Part shown: piece after piece, positions 26,061-38,397 of the stretch | How the letters are laid out: each line of letters starts with the position of its first letter | How positions within the stretch are numbered: position 1 is the first letter of the stretch | Program-made: the position numbers and the translations under genes | Notes under the pieces: generated by a model | Told to the model about the DNA's origin: nothing | The model's database searches: none | Seen by the model: only the letters and a program-made list of their open reading frames with translations | Assembly: GCA_028023455.1 (NCBI GenBank) | Contig: JAQFVV010000002.1 | Location: 30,442,001-30,506,000, forward strand | Reading direction: 5' to 3' | Source of the DNA: Epiperipatus broadwayi | Taxonomy: Eukaryota; Animalia; Onychophora | Length of the DNA stretch: 64,000 bases

Positions 26061-27994
26061 ATTGTCAAGAAAAAAAAAACTGAATTCTGTTATTTTCAGA
26101 TCCTATAATAACTAAATTAACTTAAGGTTTTCGTACAAGATGTATAATCTAAAGATTTTAATGAACGTGTAAATAATTTTATGACTTATCAAATATGTCA
26201 CGATAAGAATATAAACCTATTCACGAAACAAATAAGACCACATATGTTACTAAGATAATTCACAAGATAGATTTCCAAAGAGTTATTATCTTTTATCTAA
26301 CAAAATTGATTGACAATGATATAAAAAAAAATTATTTACAAGTTTATTTAAATGATTTGTTGGGAAATCTAACTATGAATTATCTTAGGAATGTATTTGG
26401 ACTTGTTCTACGAAGAGGGTGGATAATTTAAGGAAACAATGTATATATATATATTGCATGCTATATATGCAAATGCTATAAATGCCGATACATGCATTGA
26501 AGAAAAATTGTAAATATAAGCACTGTGATTCCAGCAGTGGACTATTGAAAGCATGCAAAGTAGATTATAAAAGACTTGGATTGCAACTTTTACCTTTTCA
26601 TAATACTCTATTACAACAAATTTATAAGAATTACATTAATTAAAGAAATACATATTTAAAATATATATATATTCTAAAAACTTATTCATAGACCAACTAT
26701 GTCCAAATATATGAATTAAGTTTTTATATTCTTTACATTACATATTTAATAGCCACAATTTATTTATGGACTTATTAAAATTATCAGAATGTATTAATTC
26801 TAAATGGTACTACTAAAATTTTTAAACGAAACAGATTATTCACATTCTATCATTAAATAAAATACTTAGATGTAATCAATAAACGTTTATGTTTTTTAAT
26901 AAATAAAAGCTAATATTTTCAAGGATGTTTAACAAGCATGCCATATACTGTGTGTGTGTGTGTGTACATATATATGGTATATAAAGAAATATATTTTCAT
27001 CACTAAAATGCCAAAAATTCTTTCAGGTTTTCTCATGTGTAAGGAACAAACAGTATATAAAGAAATATATTTTCAGACAGCCCTGATTCTTATTACAGAC
27101 TTTTTTTTTCAGAATCCAGTGGCTACTGCCTTCAAACAAATTACTAAGATCTTATTTAACAGTAAACAATTGTGCATACTATACATGACCACAGTAATGA
27201 TCAGAATCTTCCATCTATTAACTTCTCTGTGTATCAATAGCCTCTAGTCTAGCATTATAGATAGGAGAACAGGATAAAAACACTTTACATACATATTAAT
27301 TCCTATTGCAATACTGTTAACTATATTATATTAAACAAAAGATGGCTTCTACTACATTACATATAAAATTAAATATTTATCCCAACGGTAATTTCATCTT
27401 TGTGATCAACACTTTACATGCATATCAATTCCTATTGCAACATTGTTAACGATATTATATTATGACTTCTACATTACACATAAAATATTTATTTCAACTA
27501 TAACTTCATCTTTGTGATCAAACAATAATGGAGTCCTTCCTTCAGAAATTCCACAACTTTATCATAATGACAAAAAAAGTTTAACTTCAATATAAAGCAG
27601 CGACCGTAGTCTATTTTATTAATTGGCCTTTGCTAAAACTTTTTGTAAAAACGAAAAAGATTGGTAAACGTAAGTAACGATGGTTATATATTATTAGTTG
27701 TATCTAAACACTATTAAGTCATCACATTTGTTTTCGTACAAAATGTTATTAATGATAAAAATGGAAGACAAAAGCAAGCCAATAATTATGTTATTCATAT
27801 TTCTTTTTTTAAGGCAATCTATTAAAATTACGGAGGGTAGTAAAACAAATAATTGTTTTAATAAATATCATTTATTATTCAAAACTTAGAAACATTAAAT
27901 CAAAATTAATGTTAAACTCGAATAATTTCAATTGATTTTAAACAAATATTTAACAACATTCAATAATTATTCAGTAAATCTAAATAGTTATTAT

Positions 27995-28262
27995 AAAGAA
28001 GAAACAAACCTCCGGTCATGCGCTTTTATGAATTTACATCCACTCACCCATGAGCATCGGTTTGAAAAGCATGTGTATGCTTATGCTTAGAGCCTATATA
28101 TATATATAAGCCAACCTTTGCTCACTATGCTGAAACGAGGGCTTCAATCTATTGTGTGCCTGAGTCATAAACTACTAATTGTTTTTCAAACCAATGCTCA
28201 TGGTTCAATGCGTGTAAATTTGTAAAAGCATGTGACTGGAAGTTTGTTCCTTTTTTATATTA
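27995..28262. repeat. Foldback element (~75-bp arms), no HHR recognised
   Basis: aaacaaacctccggtcatgcgcttttatgaatttac..catgagcatcggtttgaaaa versus ttttcaaaccaatgctcatg..gtaaatttgtaaaagcatgtgactggaagtttgtt. Confidence 0.75.
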
Positions 28263-28319
28263 CATATAAATTGTGTTATATAAATAATAGACTAGTTATT
28301 ACACTATAATAGTTACAGT

Positions 28320-28535
28320 AAATTAATGTAAAAAATACTAAAACAGAGTTTAAATATAAAATTTAGAAAGATTTATTGTACAAAGTATACTTTCAATGCT
28401 TTTGCATAATATTCATGATTCGCTTGCTGAGAACTAATGGTAAATATGAGGGGAAAGCATTGAAAGTATACTTGGTGCAATAAATTTTTATAAATTTGAT
28501 ATATAAACTGTTTTAGTATTTTTTACATTAATATT
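28320..28535. mobile_element. Foldback with decayed ATGAATA-type HHR-like motif
   Basis: Arms ~28320-28405 and ~28455-28535; left arm minus strand ATGAATA-T-TATGC-AAAA-GCATT-GAAA-GTATAC-T (28384-28416). Confidence 0.6.
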
Positions 28536-28636
28536 TAGAATGGCAGAGTATCAAAATGTAATTATAGTAAATTAAATGAGTATGTATTTAAAAGTTGTAT
28601 TGCAAAATCTAGAAAACAAAATCTACAATAAGAAGA

Positions 28637-28886
28637 AACTGCCTAAGATTTTTTTTTCTCATGTGTCATAGCATCAGCCGGGAAGTGAACCTGCTAACCC
28701 GGGACAAGTGCTTGTAAAGCAGCTGTTGCTGACTCTCGACCACCAATGCATGACTAACTGCCTAAGACTTTTTTTTTTCCTCATGTGTCATAGCATCAAC
28801 CGGGAAGCGAACCCGCTAACCCAGGACAACTGCTTGTAAAGCAGTTGTCGCTGACCTCTCGACCACCCTTGACTAACTGCCTAAGA
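28637..28886 (-). mobile_element. Two tandem tRNA-derived SINEs sharing one triplicated target sequence
   Basis: aactgcctaaga at 28637-28648, 28756-28767 and 28875-28886; each unit has a poly-T tail on + and A/B-box-like motifs on minus; same family as 51354-51458. Confidence 0.85.
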
Positions 28887-30578
28887 TTTTTTTGTTGTGC
28901 TTTGTCAAACTAAGCAAATGATATTATTTACTACATCAAATTGCACTGGTTCTTAAAAATACAATGGCTAATTTCACAAATAATTCGCATATAAATTTTT
29001 CAATTTACAAAAAGTAACCTAAGTCTATATTTTCTGAAAAATTATTGAGTACTGTTAAATATTTTGTTTAAAATCAAGATTTTTTTTTAAAAAAATGAAT
29101 ATATTATCTTCATTATTCTATAATTTTATTTTTGGAATCTAGATATAAATTTAATTAGTAAGCAGAACTTTTGATTTTGATCATTTCTACTTTTCAATAA
29201 TTCTTAGAAATAACAGGTTATTCTACTATATGTACATTTTGAGTCTCATTGAAAAAATTCATTTAAATATGTTTAGAATTTTTCCACTTTTTTTTTAAAA
29301 AAAAGTTCGAACTTATACACGAATATATCCCAATGTTAAGTGTTTTTATAACGAAACTTTTTTATAATTTCTCAAGCTCATTTTTATTTATTTACTTTAA
29401 AAAATCTGATTAGAAAAATAAAAAATAGATCGATAATACAATCTCCACGACTGATATCTAACTATTAGCCTATATTTAAAAAAAAACAACACTGATATTT
29501 ACCAATCCATCTAAAAATCTACGTTTATGCAATATCTCATTAATTCTGTCTGATAGTAGATAAAAACTTACTAGGATTCAAATATTAATCTGATTTTGGG
29601 CTCCCTCACTAAAAATTTAAAAAGGTGAATTTTTAAGGATGTATTATCTAAAATAAAAAATTTAAAAGAGAAGTATATAATATATACACATATAAAGTCA
29701 CATTTTCATATAAGTGAAAAATTATGCATACTATTTACTATTATTAAATAAAGATTGATAAATGTATTTTTTTTCCCCATTTTGAGACAAATATCTTGAT
29801 ATTATAAAATACATTTACATATAAAAATCAAAGTACATGTATAAATTTTCCCCTGAAAATAATTGATTAATTACCGAAACTTTTTTATTTATTTTAAATT
29901 CAGTATGTTTAACTAATGCATTCTAATGACTGATAATAAAGAAAAAAATCGTTTATTCACATAAATGCATTAAAAAATAATTTTCTTCAATTTTCACAAT
30001 ATTCTTACTATGCACCTAAAAATTAAAAGCATAGGGTGCTTATGTTATGCTTCCTATCAATTTTTATAGACTTACCAAGTAACAATTACAATCTAACATT
30101 TTCATCTTAATGCTCTTTGTTTCGTGCTTTTATCCTTGTATAATTCCAAAAAGACTATAAAAGCTAGAAATTTATTTACTTCATAGTCCATTTATGAGAA
30201 TAAAAGTGTTTCTTTAAAACAATATTTTCTTAAATACTTTTTTTCTACTTCTACAGTTCCAGATATTAGAAATAAAGAAAGTTTAAATACAATTGAATAA
30301 CGCTAGATGGATTTACCATAAAGGGTACTGAATTACATATAAAATTAAAAATTTGAATTTTGCTAATTTTTGTTGAAATTGTTTCAAACTCTTAAAAAAT
30401 GCACTGACATTGGGAATACATATGTATGCATAGTTTCAAAAAGATTAATAATTGCCAAGTTGGTGAAAATTGAGTTACAAGAAACAAATAGGATAGACAA
30501 AAAAAAAACAGATTAAGTTAAATTATTTTAAGAGAAAAGTGCAAAATTAATATTTCAAAAATATTAGAAATATATTAT

Positions 30579-30960
30579 CTAATCAAATAAAAAAAAAAGA
30601 ATCGTTAGATTTCAGGATCATTTATCATAAGTCTACAAAAATTATTCCTGAAAAGATTAATCTGGATAAATAATGTACTGACAGGACTTAAATGATTTAC
30701 AAAGAATCTAATCAAATAAAAAAAGAATCGTTAGATTTCCAGAGCATCTATTATAAGTCTACAAAAATTATTCCTGAAAAGATTAATCTGGATAAATAAT
30801 GTACTGACAAGACTTAAATAGTTTACAAAGAATCTAATTAAATAAAAAAAAGAATCGTTAGATTTCTGGAGCATCTATTATAAGTCTACAAAAATTATTC
30901 CTGAAAAGATTAATCTGGATAAATAATGTACTAACAGGACTTAAATGGTTTACAAAGAAT
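30579..30960. repeat. Tandem repeat, ~128-bp unit x3
   Basis: tctaatcaaataaaaaaagaatcgttagatttc..aagtctacaaaaattattcctgaaaagattaatctggataaataatgtact recurs at ~30579, ~30707 and ~30834. Confidence 0.9.
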
Positions 30961-33900
30961 GTACATGAAAGACACTGGTTTGGATTTAAAAAAATAACAA
31001 GAGTAATCAACCTCCTAAAAGATATTTGAAAAAAAAAATACAAAAAAAGGATAATGCAATTACAGATATTACAAATATATATAAAAAAAATTCTTTCTGA
31101 AAATATAGTGACCTATTACCTAACACCTAGCGTTTAGAAAGGTGCAGTAATTTCAAACCTTTCATCAGCACCCATTGCCACAAATAGTAAAGAACACATG
31201 GATTTGTCAGCTGCTAGTTAATAACTTCCTTATTTTTTGTTCTCTAGCTTATATATATAAACAGAATTTCAAGTAGATTTAGATAAATATGCATAGTTAA
31301 CTGATAAAGATTAATAATAACCTAATAAACAATTTTAAAATAACTAATGTGGATTTTTTTATGCCTGGGCGATTAAATCCAAATGTATGCCTTTTAACCA
31401 ACTATTGCCTGTGTCAGTAGTCTCTTTAACTTTGTAAAACATATTACTTTAATACCTTGTGACTTATTGTTATGAGATCTCCTTTAACTGTCCATAAACT
31501 TGCCTTCAATAATACCATACTGAGATTAACATGGCTCAATATATATTAGAGTCAATTAAATCCTTTTTTATTAACAATTTATTTTCTTCACTCACTATTT
31601 TGCTATATTTTTATTAGCCAAGTAATTTCAATAAATGCATCTAAATAATTAATCTTTTTTTATTTCTCTACTTAGTAAAATTAATTTTTCATAATTTCTA
31701 TTTAGTCTCTAATTAATCTAAAATCACAATAAAAGTAAATATAGTGTGGATGTAACTACTGAAATTATAATAATTTCCATGCATTTATTTATAGATACTT
31801 CAGCGAAGATGTAACCATGCTACAACGAATCACAAACTAATTACGCGGCTGAAATCACATTATCTAGAAACAGTGTCTGAACTACATTATGATCAAAATA
31901 CATCTAATTTCACCTACTACTCTAGATTATACAAGAATTATAAATCTGGCACAAACATTTTATGTATGTAAAAACTGAAAAGAATCTCAACTTCCTAAAA
32001 TTCTTCACATGTAAACAAGTCCCTCCCATAAAGAACTAATTAATAATAAGATTTTCACAGGCAATATAGATGTAAATATTGAAATTATACTAGGAATTTT
32101 AATGTATTTATCTAGAAATATTTCAGCTAAAAAATTTAGACAGGAAGTGAAAAAATAATATTATGGCTTCATAAAAAATGAATAATAATATTAAAGCAAG
32201 ACTAGCAGACATCTTGTTTCATTGTCAATAGACTGTTTTGATAAGACAAAGAGTAATAATAGAGAAAAATTTGTGGAAAACTAGGTATTCGTATCTTAAA
32301 AATAAAAGCCATATATCACAGAAGTTGTTTACATTTATATATATAATCTTAAGAGCTAATATATGCTATATTTGAAAGACAGAGAACGTTAAAAATGGCA
32401 GAATATTATATTTTGGAATTGATATACAGTGATTAGGTAATCATAAATTAAGTTTTAGGACATTGTTTTTTATAAATCATTACCATTTGTATATTCTTTA
32501 CATCTTTCCCTACACAGTTTGGGTAGTGGTAGAGTACCAGACTTGATTTAAGGTTTTCAGGTCAATTTCAGTTCTGGTAATTCCACCGCTCAAATTTATG
32601 ATCTTCTGACTAATGAAGTCAGTAGATTATTCTATACATCGTAGTAATTTTTCATTAACACTCATAACATTTGTTAGAATTATTATTTTAGTTAACCTAT
32701 TCTGCTATATACTATAGGTACTGAAGTAAAACGATAAAACTGATTCATTTATAAACAATTGTCATACAAATTATTTATATTATGAATAAAAATGGAATAA
32801 TTCAGATATTTGGAAAAGATGAAATAATTCAGTTTCATAAATTCTAGTTTTTAAACAGAAAGTGTTATATAAATCTACAACCATTTATAAATAATTAGAA
32901 ATGATGTAAGACTAAAACACTTGAATGGAAATGATAAAGTTGAACAAAGGAAATTAATATTGCTAAATAACTAGTGAATCAATGAAATTAGTGACAAAAA
33001 TAGTCAGAACAAGGCTAGTAATGATTAAACAAAGCTTTTAATGAAAGTATAAGATTATTTTGTAGCTCTTTAAAATTAGATTTAAGAAAAAAACCTTATA
33101 GAACATTATGTCGAAATCAGATATAGCTATTTTAAAAAAAGGTTTGGAAGTTTTAATTATGTGAATTTGGAAAAAAAAATGGAAAGGATATGTTGTTAAT
33201 ATATATAAGTATTGAAAAGACCATTATTGAGAAAATTATGAAGCAGAAAAGATGGATTGGACATATAAAAATAAAAAAAATTTAGAAAAAAAATGTTTAA
33301 AATGTCTATTGAGCTAAACATGCAGACAGTTGACAATCTTAAGGAAGGGAATAGAGCTGTGAGTATTCGAAACGTAAAACAAAAAAGTACAGCAAAAGTA
33401 AGAGTTGATATGTAGAACTTCATTTTTAAATAACTAATGATTAGAATAATTCTTCACTTGACATATATTCTTCACATATATGCTATGAATACGACAAAAT
33501 TGTCATCAAAAGCATGCTACGAAGTAAATAAAACAAATTTATATAAAGTTTACATTTTCTGTGTAAATATTTAAAATATTTATAATTTTACGATAGAAGA
33601 TAAAAAGTTTTTCGAATTACTAAATCATGCACATATAATTTGTTTAATCTGCCAACTTATCTGTTCATATCCTTAATAAATTTAATTTTTTAAAATTAGT
33701 TTACCTAGATCTAACATATACAACTAAAATAAAGTTATATATTTAAATGTTTAAAGTATTTGGATACGTGCAACATATGCAGCTTTACAGAACATATAAG
33801 ACAAAGCTACCATTCAATAGTTCTATAATTTGATTAATTATGATGCCCAGTAGTAGTTGCACCCTTATATGTATGTACACATATAATGTGTATAAGTGTA

Positions 33901-35766
33901 AACATTTAGCCTATTATTGTGGTAAAATTTGTTAAACAAATACTGTATGTTTATTAAACTTAAAGCAGAAGTTTGTCAAATTATTAAAGAACCATTAACT
34001 ATACAGTTTTTACATCATACTAAAATATTGTACTATCTTAAAACTGACAATTTATTTAACAGATATCAAATCCTCATTCCATTCTCTTCTTCCAACATAA
34101 TACCCACAAATTACTAATTTCGTATGCAATTAATTCATTATGCAAATTTAAAGCATATTTACATAACAAATTAATTAAAATAATATTTTTTTTGCTAGTT
34201 CCAAATTTTTGAAAGGTAAAAAATATGCTATTACTATATAACTTATTCGACTAGCCCTCTTGCTATCATGTTAAAAAGAAAAGCAGCCATTTTTAAAAAA
34301 TAAAAGGATTACACATAAGAAGATGGTTAAAAATTAAGTAAATAATTTCAGCAACTATTAATTAGGTAGAAAGAAAATTGTCAATAAGGCAACGACAAAT
34401 ACTCGACTATATATATATTTTTAAAGAAAACAATTTTTAACATCTTCCGTTTAAACAATGCACACATTCTATTCAAAATTATAGTCAAAAATAACTTAAG
34501 AAGCTAATGCTATTGTTAAACGTTATAGATATGAATATTTTAATATAATAATTTAAACGGAGAATGAAAATTTAAGACTTTATCATATGATAGGTAGACA
34601 TTTTGATTAACGTTGATGTGATTTTAAATTGTGCAATTTTTTATTGCAATTACTCCAAGCAATTTAAACTATCAAATAAATAGAACGAAGAAAAAAAAGT
34701 AATAAAAATTTACAAATTATTCTTTTCACGAGAACGTAATTATTTTTTTTTTTTAATATCACACCCTTCGAGTGCCTATGTATTATAAAAAAGATGATAT
34801 CTGCAAATTCAATGAAAAAATAGGTTTAGGAATGTTAATTATATATTCAAGTCTTTAAACTATATAACGAGTATCAACAATAATAGCTGACAAAACTTGA
34901 CCATCAGTTATAATTCGACAAGAATAAAAATAAATAAATATAAGGGGGAAAAAAGACCAAATCAATTTCATAACTATTATACGTTGTAATATATATCTAT
35001 GTATTAGAATATAATTATTAATGTTCGATTATTGTCAGTTTAAATTTGTTTGACCTCTAGTTAAACTGACCTATATATGTAATGGGATATTAAAAGACGT
35101 TTTGTAGTAAATTTTGTTTTTTAATGGATGAACATAATTGTAAATATGAATTTTTAAATGGCACTAAAAAATTAAGCCTACGTTTAGATTTACAACGGAG
35201 TTGTAAACACTGAAAATTAAACTGTATATTTACTATTTATTTAATATACTACTTTATAAATTTGAAAAATGTATAATCTTAAGGTTTTTTTGTTAAAAAA
35301 AAAATAGGGGAAATGCTTAATTTCAATATATTATTCAACGATTAGGCTTTAAAAGGGTAGCCTATTTTAAAAGCAATTATTTAATCAACACGCTGTAATA
35401 ATAAAATGTTAATATATAAATAATTTCTAGAAATTTTTATGTGACAAAGAAAAGTTATATAATAATAAAAAAATCCAATGGTTATAATTAAAAGAATTAA
35501 TTATTATACAGCTTTTCGGTCGATCAACAATCAGCCATATTTGTAAAAGTCATGGCTGAACATGACGTATCCGAATTTGTTAATTCTATATTATTATATG
35601 TGAATCCTTCATAAAACATGAAATATATGTTAAATTTTAAACATTCGATTATACATTTGGAAAACATATGATCACCATAACTTTTGAGAAAACCCTTTTG
35701 GTATGAGATCTGACTCAGGATTGGCCAATCATAAATTGGCAGCAAAGATTGCAATTCGATCCTTAC

Positions 35767-35972
35767 TTCAAACCCAAACCTTTCAGATGCTGGCCTATTA
35801 ACCGCACAATGTCCTGATCACTTCGTGATTTAAGTTTAGGAGTGATTTCTTTTTCCATTTCCCCGTTGATTCCACCATTTTCAGCCGATAAACAGGCACC
35901 ATTTTGCATGGAACTAGTCGAGGCTTGTTGTGATGTGTCTCCATTGTGTTGCGGACAGCCATTCGACTGCAT
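35767..35972 (-). CDS. WDR26: WD repeat-containing protein 26 orthologue, first coding exon from the first AUG (N-terminus and start of LisH motif)
   Basis: MQSNG..ACLSAENG..KSRSDQDIVRLIGQHLKGLGL matches recalled human WDR26 MQANG..[31 protein letters not shown]; phase-2 donor AA|gtaagg at 35767/35766. Confidence 0.95.
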
Positions 35973-36050
35973 GTTAACTGCAGAGAGACGTTGTTTTTTC
36001 CGCGGTGGCGGAGACACTCCACCGTCTTCCGAGTCCGAACTCGAGGCCAG
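35973..36050 (-). CDS. WDR26: Putative non-AUG-initiated N-terminal extension of WDR26 (LASSSDSEDGGVSPPPRKKQRLSAVN)
   Basis: Frame open and AUG-free from 36080 to the AUG at 35972; CTG at 36050 in AGC-CTG-G context (A at -3, G at +4); peptide resembles the recalled human extension ASSSSDSDTGGASPPPRKKPRQSAA. Confidence 0.7.
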
Positions 36051-36192
36051 GCTTGCAAAGAAATTCCGTGGTTTGTATTTTTAGTAAATACTAAACCACG
36101 ATTTAAAACGGTCAGGCATAAGAGTGATGAGAAATTAAGATACTCAGCTTCCTTAGACACTAAGCAGACTTCTAGTTCTTTATTTTGTTTGG

Positions 36193-36200
36193 TGACGTCA
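36193..36200. promoter_or_regulatory. CRE/ATF palindrome TGACGTCA in the probable WDR26 promoter
   Basis: Perfect 8-mer ~110 bp upstream of the open frame, within a locally CpG-rich patch (~35840-36230). Confidence 0.4.
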
Positions 36201-36944
36201 TCCCTGGCGATTCATGGGAAATTCCTATGCTCAAAAAGTTTTTATCTTATTAGCATAAACTTTTTGGTGTTTTAAATTTTAAATCCAGGGAACAAACATG
36301 TCATGAAGTGTCGAAATATATTTTTATAAGTTACGTTACATTTTTCTTTCTTTTAAAGGAAGTAGAAGTCTCGTTTTGAATGAAAATGATTCATTCTATA
36401 TCATATCTCATTGGTTGATCAATTCATTATTATTAATTATAAATGTAATGTATGCTATATATTTTTTTTATATATATAAAGTCGTGGCCCATAGTTTAAA
36501 AGATTAAAAATAATTTCCTGTTGTGGTTTGCTCTAATAAAATAATGATAGAATGGAAAAACCTTTTTTATATTCAAAGTGATAATATTAAATAGCCTATT
36601 TTTCAAAGCTATCCAAAAATTCTTTTAATCCTTCTTCCAAAATATTAAAAACAGTTCCATTCTTAACAATTGTTATATATTATTTAATAAAATTAGTTGT
36701 TCGATAAATTAATAACTGCATCTAAACATAAACAGTTAGTCGGACGGTGTTTGGACTAGCTCGTTGGATTTTTATAATTTTAATAAAACAATATAAACAC
36801 TATATTGGGCTGGCAAATAAAAAAATTAAGAGCTGTCTTGACATTACTAAATGAAAAATGTTAACAATAGTTATACATTAAACTATATACTGAAAGTTGA
36901 TAGTTTGAAACTTTTACGTATGTGATTACTACTTCAAAATCAAA

Positions 36945-37030
36945 GTCAAAACTCTCCGTACAGTAAAGAGTTTCGCCTGTTGTGTAAGCATAGGAAATGG
37001 TGATCATGTGATGTTTAGTACTTTAAAATC
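36945..37030 (+). mobile_element. Family A 3' tip with a short inverted segment
   Basis: aaaactctccgtacag followed by gagtttcgcctgtt..aaatggtgatcatgtgatgttta. Confidence 0.7.
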
Positions 37031-37859
37031 ACGTGGTTATTATTTAACGAAAAACTGCATGCATGTTTATTAATTTAATTCTTATGGCCTTCAATCATAC
37101 CCGCACACTTTTTTCAAAGAGGTCATTTACACATAAAATAACTTCTTTTGTTTTGTGCGACTGAAAGAATAACAATTGTATATGGAAGGTGTATGTTTTT
37201 CTTTACCAAAAAAACTAAGTACTAAATTTTAAATTCAACATAGCTCAATATATATGTAAACAAAGGGGATAAATCACCCTCCTGCAGATTATGACTTAAA
37301 AGCACTCTAAATGTCCAACATTTAGAATGCTTTTAATTAAGTAATAGAGAACTATGATAAAATAACACTTTATTACGTTGTTTGTTCTTGTTTGTCATCT
37401 CCGTATTACAAAAAACTAAATTTTTTCCTAATTTTTATACATTCTGTTGATTTTAATCACTTGGACTGTGGAAAATAATCAATTTTGTTGTGTCCTATTC
37501 TTGATGGTTGGTTTATTTATTATTTTAACACTGTTTTTTTATATACAATTTATCCAAGCCACTTCAAACGCTCTTTAGCAAAACTCTTTATTTATACATA
37601 ATTAGTTTCCAACCAGTAACCACCTAAACATTCACAGTAAATATAGCAACCAATATCTCTAACTGCTGTCAAGGCAACCTTCACACCTTTTAATAGCAAG
37701 AATGGAAATATTTATACATATACATACACCTACGTGTTTTATTATTTTAACAGTTTTAATTCTTCAATAATCTTCATAACAGCATTTGATAATATATATA
37801 TTTAGTTATCCCAATAATTCAACAATTACTAATTTTCTTCTTTTCTGAGCCTTCATAAT

Positions 37860-38170
37860 ATCTGGTAATTAATGAATATACCCAGAAAAGGTTGTCGCGG
37901 GTCCACTTCCCTGACCCATGCTTTGACATATGGAGAAAAAAAAAGGTAGTTTTTTTAATATTCAGCTTGATTACAGTCTAGCATGCTTTCAATATGTTTA
38001 ATATATTCATGGCATCTAATGGTACGATGGTGGCTAATGGTGTGATTATCATCAATTAGATGCCATGAATATGATATATTAAATATATTGATATCATGCT
38101 AGGCTGGAATAAAGCTGAATATTAAAAAAAACTACCTTTTCTGTGGATATATGCATTAATTACCAGATAT
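37860..38170. mobile_element. Foldback whose arms carry an A3:U8 HHR-like motif
   Basis: Arms ~37935-38022 and ~38055-38142; two-arm consensus GCC-ATGAATA-T-GATATA-TTAAA-TATATT-GAAA-GCATGC-TA-GGC. Confidence 0.75.
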
Positions 38171-38397
38171 CCCATATAAATGCATTTAAATATATTATTG
38201 CTATTTATCATGAAATATTGTACTAATACGTAAATGATTTTTCTAATAATAGTCTGTTCAATGCCTATATACATATATACTAATAAAAGAAAAAACACAA
38301 TTACTTCTCTATAAAACTGCTTTAATATTTCAACCAGCGGACTGGTTTCATCAGAACTTCCAGAAATTAAACATTAAAAAATTTCAAACATTCACAT

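Noticed and set aside
27995-28262. HHR in this foldback and in the one at 10150-10362
   Set aside because: No core plus stem II plus GAAA arrangement could be built on either strand; they may be ordinary MITEs.
31795-31963. Plus-strand exon-like open frame (ILQRRCNH..)
   Set aside because: Weak donor site, no recognisable protein, compatible with chance.
1-35760. Further WDR26 exons (expected N-x-T/S-V-E..ESGC..HP..FR..G.W onward)
   Set aside because: A manual scan of minus-strand candidates (13500-13700, 18360-18430, 31140-31230, 32520-32660) found no match; exon 2 is probably outside the window, or I missed it.
35798-36275. Alternative-frame and antisense ORFs overlapping WDR26 exon 1
   Set aside because: Expected by-products of the locally GC-rich sequence; no recognisable homology.
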